64,000 nucleotides of DNA, from the NCBI GenBank assembly GCA_964406965.1, contig CAYOTT010000003.1:77691-141690 (forward strand), written 5' to 3'. Positions 59,007-64,000 of this stretch are shown one piece after another. The notes under the pieces are model-generated. The model saw only the letters and a list, made by a program, of their open reading frames with translations, did not search any database and was not told where the DNA came from. The stretch comes from an uncultured Desulfurococcales archaeon. GTDB taxonomy: Archaea; Thermoproteota; Thermoprotei_A; EX4484-217-1. The position numbers and the translations under genes are program-made. Position 1 is the first letter of the stretch. Every line of letters starts with the position of its first letter.

Positions 59007-60356
59007 CTAGCTTAAATAGTTCATAAATGTTGTTCTTGGATTTATTTCTCCAGCTATGTTAGTTAACATGAGCTTTCTCACTTCATTCATGTTCCTTGTT
59101 TTACCTAAAACCCACATTAGCTTAACAAGTGCCGTTTCAGGCAGCATATCCTCTCCTGGAATAACACCTAGTGCTAATAAATCTCTTCCAGTACTGTAAA
59201 CATTCATGTTTATTCTACCCCATATGCATTGGGAAGTCATTACGACGGGTATTTCCTCCTCAATAGCCCTTCTTATTGGTTCATAAAGTTTTTCAGGTGT
59301 ATGACCTAGTCCCGTTCCTTCAATAACTATTCCATGATACCCTTTGTCAATTAAGAAGTCTATTATTTCAGGATGTATTCCAGGATATGTTTTCACGAGA
59401 GCAACTTTTTCATCGAACCTATTTTCTAGAGTCACTGCTCTATCTTCGCGACGGGGTTTGAAAATGCTGTTTAGTATAGCTATTTTGCCGTTTTCCACTT
59501 TAGCTAGTGGTTTATCATTTATTGATCTGAAAGCGTCTCTCCTACTAGTGTGCATTTTTCTGACTTTAGTTCCTCTATGAACTAAGCAGTATGTGTCGGA
59601 GGTTTCACCATGCATTACAACAACTACTTCTGCAAAAGGTGCTTTTCCAGCAACCAAAACTGCTGAATAAAGGTTCATTGCAGCATCCGATGATGGTCTA
59701 TCTGAAGATCTTTGGGCACCTACTAAGGCAACGGTTATTGGCAAATTTCTTAGCGCAAAAGATAGAGCTGCAGCAGTATAACCCATGGTATCTGTTCCGT
59801 GAGGAATAACTACTCCATCAAATCCTTCCTCTATTTTCTTAGCTACTTCTTCAGCCATTCTTGACCAATGTTTTGGCGTCATATTTTCGCTGAAAATGGA
59901 GAAAAGTATTTCAGCTTCAATATTAGCGATACCCATTATTTCAGGTGCAAATTCTAATATGTCTTCTGTTCGTAAAGCTGGGTAAACAGCTCCCGTTCTG
60001 TAGTCTACTCGGCTAGCTATAGTGCCTCCTGTACTTATAATTGCTACGTTAGGTAAGTTAGGATTCTTTTTAACAGTAATTGAAGGATGGTAAGGTTTCG
60101 GAGGTTTTTCCTCACCTATTTTCTTAAGAACAATGTCTTTTTCGAACCTTATACCTATGTTGTATCCGTTATCGAGCTTAACTACGATAAATGGTTTTTC
60201 CGAAAGTGAAGGTCTGGGCATAAGTACTCCTTTGACAGCAAGGTCTTTCCTAATAACTTTTACTCTATCACCTATCTTAACACCAGCTTTTTCAAGAAAC
60301 TCTCTAACCCCACCTTTGTACCCGTAAAGCGGATCTTCAAAAGCTATTTTAATCAC
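59007..60356 (-). CDS. gatD: Glutamyl-tRNA(Gln) amidotransferase subunit D (asparaginase-like)
   Basis: IISTGGTIASRVDYRTGAV and IPHGTDTMGYTAAALSF asparaginase motifs. N-terminal GatD-specific domain. Confidence 0.95.
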   Translation of the reverse strand: MIKIAFEDPLYGYKGGVREFLEKAGVKIGDRVKVIRKDLAVKGVLMPRPSLSEKPFIVVKLDNGYNIGIRFEKDIVLKKIGEEKPPKPYHPSITVKKNPNLPNVAIISTGGTIASRVDYRTGAVYPALRTEDILEFAPEIMGIANIEAEILFSIFSENMTPKHWSRMAEEVAKKIEEGFDGVVIPHGTDTMGYTAAALSFALRNLPITVALVGAQRSSDRPSSDAAMNLYSAVLVAGKAPFAEVVVVMHGETSDTYCLVHRGTKVRKMHTSRRDAFRSINDKPLAKVENGKIAILNSIFKPRREDRAVTLENRFDEKVALVKTYPGIHPEIIDFLIDKGYHGIVIEGTGLGHTPEKLYEPIRRAIEEEIPVVMTSQCIWGRINMNVYSTGRDLLALGVIPGEDMLPETALVKLMWVLGKTRNMNEVRKLMLTNIAGEINPRTTFMNYLS

Positions 60357-60480
60357 CCATTTGGAAACTTAAGATTCACTATTTGGAATTTAGAATTAAA
60401 ATACTTAATAAAATAAGCTCTTATCAGGTAGTGAAGAAGGTTTCTTAAAAATTCTTGGTCAAAGTAAAAATGTGCCTTAC

Positions 60481-60648
60481 CTATCTTCTTCTAACCATGG
60501 TTGCTTGCTGTTGCTGCTTTATAAGTCTCTTTAGATACTCTCTTCTATTCCTAACTCTAGGTGCTAAATTCTTTCTAGGCTTAGGAGGTATTTTCGGAGT
60601 TTGACTTCTCACCTTACCTGCCTTAGTTATTGAGCCATGTGAAGGCAT
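60481..60648 (-). CDS. rps30e: 30S ribosomal protein S30e (55 aa; below ORF-track cutoff)
   Basis: Hand translation of the minus strand gives [55 protein letters not shown]. This has the canonical S30e N-terminus. Confidence 0.9.
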   Translation of the reverse strand: MPSHGSITKAGKVRSQTPKIPPKPRKNLAPRVRNRREYLKRLIKQQQQATMVRRR

Positions 60649-60828
60649 TCTAATATCACCTATTCTTTTTCGTGATCTTTTTCTTATAAGTCTCTCTCTT
60701 ATAAATATTTACTCTCCGCTAATGTCACGTGTTTTCAGCTAAGATTTTATTTTCAACAAAAAATATATTATATTGTGATTTGATAGCACCTATCTGAAAG
60801 TAACTAAGTGATGAGAGGAGAATATGTC

Positions 60829-62040
60829 ATGAAAGTTTACCTTGTGGACCATGTTATTGGAGTTTTCGTGTTAAACGAAAACAGTGAAGTATTAGCTTTT
60901 AAAGTTAATAGTGGAAGTCTCGATGAAATGGTGGATTACGCATTAAAAATAGAAAATGGTGAATTAACAAGACTACATGAGGAGGTTTTAGAGGAGCTCT
61001 CTAAGAAGGAGGGTATTGAAAAAATAGTGATTGAAGATGAAAGGTTAGCGAAGGGAATTACTGCTAAAGGATTCGATATAGAGGTTGTGCCGGGAAATTC
61101 CATTGCAAGAATGTTTAGAGAGCATGTAATAGATTATGCAGTGAAATACGGTTTTGCTGCTTCATCTGAAGAATACTATGGGAAACTGCATGAAATATCT
61201 ATTAGCCTTACGCGCAAGAAAGTTAGAAAAGCCGTTGAGAAGAGAGATCTTTTTGCAGCTCAAGGAGTTAGAGCTATAGATGACATAGATAAAACAATAA
61301 ACTTATTCATGGCTAGACTTAGAGAATGGTATTCACTACACTTTCCAGAGCTTGACGATTTAGTTAGGGAACATAGGGACTATGCAACAATAGTTTATGA
61401 AATAGGTCTCAGAGAAAACTACACTAAGGAAAAACTTACTAAACTAGGTTTTAGTGAGGGAAAAGCATCTAAAATAATTGAAGCGGCTAGGAAAAGTATG
61501 GGTGCAGACATTACAGAGTTTGACATTAAACCCATTCAGACACTTGCAGGGATAATTTTGCAACTTTATATGTTAAGAGCTGACATAGCACAATACATCG
61601 AGGACGTTATGAGAGAAGTGGCTCCAAACGTAACAGCGCTTGTAGGCCCACTACTGGGAGCAAGACTTATTTCACTAGCTGGAGGCCTAGAAGAATTAGC
61701 GAGATTACCTGCAAGCACAATACAGGTTCTTGGAGCTGAAAAAGCGCTTTTCAGAGCTCTTAGAACGGGAGGTAAACCTCCAAAACATGGAATAATATTC
61801 CAATACTCTGAAATCCATAGAGCACCAAGGTGGCAGAGAGGGAAAATAGCTAGGGCATTAGCAGGAAAATTAGCGATAGCTGCTAGGGTAGATGCCTTCA
61901 CAGGCGAATATATTGGTGATCAACTTAAGGACGCTTTAAAGAAGAGAATAGAGGAAATAAAGAAGCTTTATGCTAAACCACCTAAGAGAAAAAGAGAGGA
62001 AAGACCTAGGAAAAGGAGGAAGGGAAGGAGAAGGAAATAA
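60829..62040 (+). CDS. nop5: C/D box sRNP core protein Nop5 (Nop56/58)
   Basis: MKVYLVDHVIGVFVL..., the NOSIC/Nop domain WYSLHFPEL...GAEKALFRAL...PKHGIIFQ, and a KKE/R-rich tail. GGAG lies 8 nt before the ATG at 60829. The ORF-track start at 60808 is unlikely. Confidence 0.95.
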   Translation: MKVYLVDHVIGVFVLNENSEVLAFKVNSGSLDEMVDYALKIENGELTRLHEEVLEELSKKEGIEKIVIEDERLAKGITAKGFDIEVVPGNSIARMFREHVIDYAVKYGFAASSEEYYGKLHEISISLTRKKVRKAVEKRDLFAAQGVRAIDDIDKTINLFMARLREWYSLHFPELDDLVREHRDYATIVYEIGLRENYTKEKLTKLGFSEGKASKIIEAARKSMGADITEFDIKPIQTLAGIILQLYMLRADIAQYIEDVMREVAPNVTALVGPLLGARLISLAGGLEELARLPASTIQVLGAEKALFRALRTGGKPPKHGIIFQYSEIHRAPRWQRGKIARALAGKLAIAARVDAFTGEYIGDQLKDALKKRIEEIKKLYAKPPKRKREERPRKRRKGRRRK

Positions 62041-62066
62041 ATTTTCGTAAGGGGGTGTGTTATTAA

Positions 62067-62774
62067 ATGAGCCAAATAGTTAAAGTTAAACCTCATGATA
62101 AGTTCGAAGGAGTATTTATCATAGAACTTGAGGATGGGAGTTTAAGATTAGCAACTAAAAACTTAACGCCTGGAAGAAGAGTTTATGGTGAAAGATTGTT
62201 TAAGCATGAAGGAGTGGAATATAGGGAATGGAACGCTTATAGAAGTAAGCTTGGAGCAGCGATTCTCAAAGGAATATTCGATGTTCCCTTAAAAAGAGGT
62301 ACAAAAGTATTATATCTAGGTGTTGCTACGGGAACTACGGCAAGCCATGTTTCAGACATAGTTGGTTTAGAAGGCAGAATCTATGGTGTAGAATTTGCCC
62401 ATAGAGTTATGAGAGAGTTTGTAACCTTAGCCGAGATACGTAAAAACCTCTACCCAATACTTGGTGATGCTAGATTACCACATACCTATAGGAATGTTGT
62501 TGAAGAAGTAGACGTAATATATTCTGATGTTGCTCAACCTGAGCAGGCAAAATTAGTGGCTGATAATGCAGACTACTTCTTGAAAGATGGCGGCTACTTG
62601 CTCTTAGCTATTAAGGCTAGAAGCATAGATGTAACAGCTGAACCCTCCGAAATATACAAGAGAGAAATGGAAACTCTGAAAAGTAGAGGATTCGAAATAC
62701 TTGACGTTGTCCACTTAGAACCGTTTGATAAAGACCATGCAATGGTTCTTGCAAGATTCCGAAAGAAGCATTGA
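62067..62774 (+). CDS. flpA: Fibrillarin (C/D box sRNP 2'-O-methyltransferase)
   Basis: [15 protein letters not shown], the SAM motif [19 protein letters not shown], and DVAQPEQA. Confidence 0.95.
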   Translation: MSQIVKVKPHDKFEGVFIIELEDGSLRLATKNLTPGRRVYGERLFKHEGVEYREWNAYRSKLGAAILKGIFDVPLKRGTKVLYLGVATGTTASHVSDIVGLEGRIYGVEFAHRVMREFVTLAEIRKNLYPILGDARLPHTYRNVVEEVDVIYSDVAQPEQAKLVADNADYFLKDGGYLLLAIKARSIDVTAEPSEIYKREMETLKSRGFEILDVVHLEPFDKDHAMVLARFRKKH

Positions 62775-62871
62775 AACTTTATTTTTAACTAAATTTTTAA
62801 ACCCTTTCTGTAAAGAGAAATGTTTTGGAGCACCCAAGTTTAAGTTCATATGAAAATTAAGGTCTTAAACT

Positions 62872-63777
62872 ATGACAAGGAGTATACAGAAACTTACTGA
62901 CGAAGTTTCAGACGCTCTTAGAAGTAGAGGATTCAAAATAGGGTTCCTAGAGTACCCTGTAAATGAGAGAAAATCAATAGATTTAATAGCTAGAAGAGGT
63001 AATGAGAAGCTTCTCATAAAAGTTTCTTATGAAGTAGATAGTGTGGGACATAGGGAAGCATATGAATTATCAGCCATTTCTGATGTCTTCGGAGGCCTAG
63101 GTATTCTCATAGGTAAAAAGGCTAAGAAGAAGGAACTAGAAGACTTCGTGGTTTATGAGAGACATGGTTTACCTGCGTTAACGCCTGAAACACTAAAAGA
63201 GCTTATTGAAAACGAGAAAGTATATGTCTATGCTGGTAGGGGAGGATACTATGTTAGAATTGACAGTAGGAAGCTTAGAGAAAAACGTGAAGAAAGGAAT
63301 ATGTCCTTAGGAGACATAGCTTACCTTCTAGGTGTTTCTAGGAAGGCAGTTTACGAATATGAAAGAAGCAGCATGAACTTAAGTTTAACAACTGCTTTAA
63401 AGCTTGTTGAAATATTCGGTGAAGACATATTATCACCATTAGGTATTGATGAACTTAGGAAACGTGAAAGATCAGCCATTAGTAAGGCAAAAATAATTCT
63501 AAGAAATGCAAAGTTAAAGAGAATAGTTTATGAATTAAATAGAATGGGCATTAAAACTGTTGCTACCGAAAAAACCCCGGTAGACTTAGCAGTTAAAAGC
63601 AAGGATGAAATTGCAATAGCTTCAAAAGAAAATGTTTCATACCCCGAACACTTAGGTTTAAAAGAGGAATCCCTCGAAATATTTTCTAAAGTTTTAAATG
63701 TAAGATCAATGATGATTGATGACTTAAAGAAGGTTGTTGAGTTCTTTAGAAGGGATAGGCTAAGGAGAGAGATGTGA
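62872..63777 (+). CDS. Archaeal HTH (XRE-type) putative transcriptional regulator (COG1395-like)
   Basis: Central [49 protein letters not shown] is a clear XRE-family HTH. The flanking domains are not recognised. Confidence 0.6.
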   Translation: MTRSIQKLTDEVSDALRSRGFKIGFLEYPVNERKSIDLIARRGNEKLLIKVSYEVDSVGHREAYELSAISDVFGGLGILIGKKAKKKELEDFVVYERHGLPALTPETLKELIENEKVYVYAGRGGYYVRIDSRKLREKREERNMSLGDIAYLLGVSRKAVYEYERSSMNLSLTTALKLVEIFGEDILSPLGIDELRKRERSAISKAKIILRNAKLKRIVYELNRMGIKTVATEKTPVDLAVKSKDEIAIASKENVSYPEHLGLKEESLEIFSKVLNVRSMMIDDLKKVVEFFRRDRLRREM

Positions 63778-64000
63778 AAATATATATTACAGGAAGACCA
63801 GGGATCGGAAAATCAACCGTAGTATTACGGGTTATAAATGCTTTAAGAGGACATGGTATAAAAGTAGGGGGAATTCTCTGCCCAGAAGTCAGAGGTTCTT
63901 TAGGAAGAAGGATAGGATTTAAAATAGTTGATTTGTTAACAAATGAAGAAGGATGGTTAGCTCATAAGTTAATGTTTAAAGGAGGCCCAAGAATAGGAAA
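63774..64000 (+). CDS. Nucleoside-triphosphatase THEP1-like (COG1618), N-terminal part (continues past window)
   Basis: The GTG overlaps the upstream TGA. Contains [16 protein letters not shown] (P-loop) and GILCPEVR...GFKIVDL. Confidence 0.7.
   Translation, partial: MKIYITGRPGIGKSTVVLRVINALRGHGIKVGGILCPEVRGSLGRRIGFKIVDLLTNEEGWLAHKLMFKGGPRIG

Noticed and set aside
1-64000. Scan for CRISPR arrays, tRNA/rRNA genes, transposases/IS elements and multi-gene defence systems.
   Set aside because: - No regularly spaced direct repeats and no GGTTCGAATCC-type T-arms on either strand.
- No GC-rich kilobase-scale RNA genes.
- No transposase- or integrase-like ORFs.
- The only toxin-like genes are one VapBC pair and the housekeeping PIN protein after eif2g.

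Overview
AT-rich archaeal chromosomal window, about 90% coding. The gene content looks like a crenarchaeote (Thermoproteota): GatDE, a short XPF, a RecJdbh/Cdc45-like gene next to rps15, and separate Kae1 and Bud32 genes. Nearly all of it is conserved information-processing core.

Main blocks, in order:
- L13-S9-RpoN-S2 string.
- Isoprenoid operon: MEMO-like, MVK-like, IPK, IDI-2, GGPPS.
- GluRS, then L7Ae/S28e/L24e/NDK.
- aIF5B interrupted by an intein.
- S6e-aIF2gamma-PIN-Rpo7-Spt4-DPCK-S24e-S27ae-Kae1-Bud32-ITPase-S15 string.
- The exosome/RNase P/proteasome superoperon: L15e, UPF0201, Rpp30, Pop5, PsmA, SBDS, Rrp4/41/42, L37Ae, Brix, Pcc1, prefoldin beta.
- An ECF transporter module, XPF, aEF-2 and HisRS.
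- A nine-gene Mrp-like membrane cluster.
- Ferredoxin, CBS protein, GatE/GatD, S30e, Nop5-fibrillarin.

I saw no rRNA, tRNA, CRISPR array or transposase, and I cannot support any new multi-gene defence-type system. The only accessory-looking stretch is about 3 kb (13.7-16.9 kb), holding a VapBC pair and secreted/membrane hypotheticals.

Most noteworthy items read from the sequence:
1. A 570-aa LAGLIDADG intein inside the P-loop of aIF5B.
2. Four intergenic box C/D sRNA candidates that the ORF track masks with spurious ORFs. One guide matches the universal 16S 806R primer site.
3. A 67-codon, stop-free, two-TM in-frame extension upstream of RNase P subunit Pop5.
4. A protein at the syntenic mevalonate-kinase position whose three GHMP glycine motifs are all degenerate.
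5. A perfect 69-nt repeat shared by the two tandem ECF ATPase genes.
6. A GT-C-like membrane protein split across two frames.
7. Two ribosomal protein genes (S27ae, S30e) below the ORF-track size cutoff.

All family assignments come from motif recognition by eye. No searches were run.
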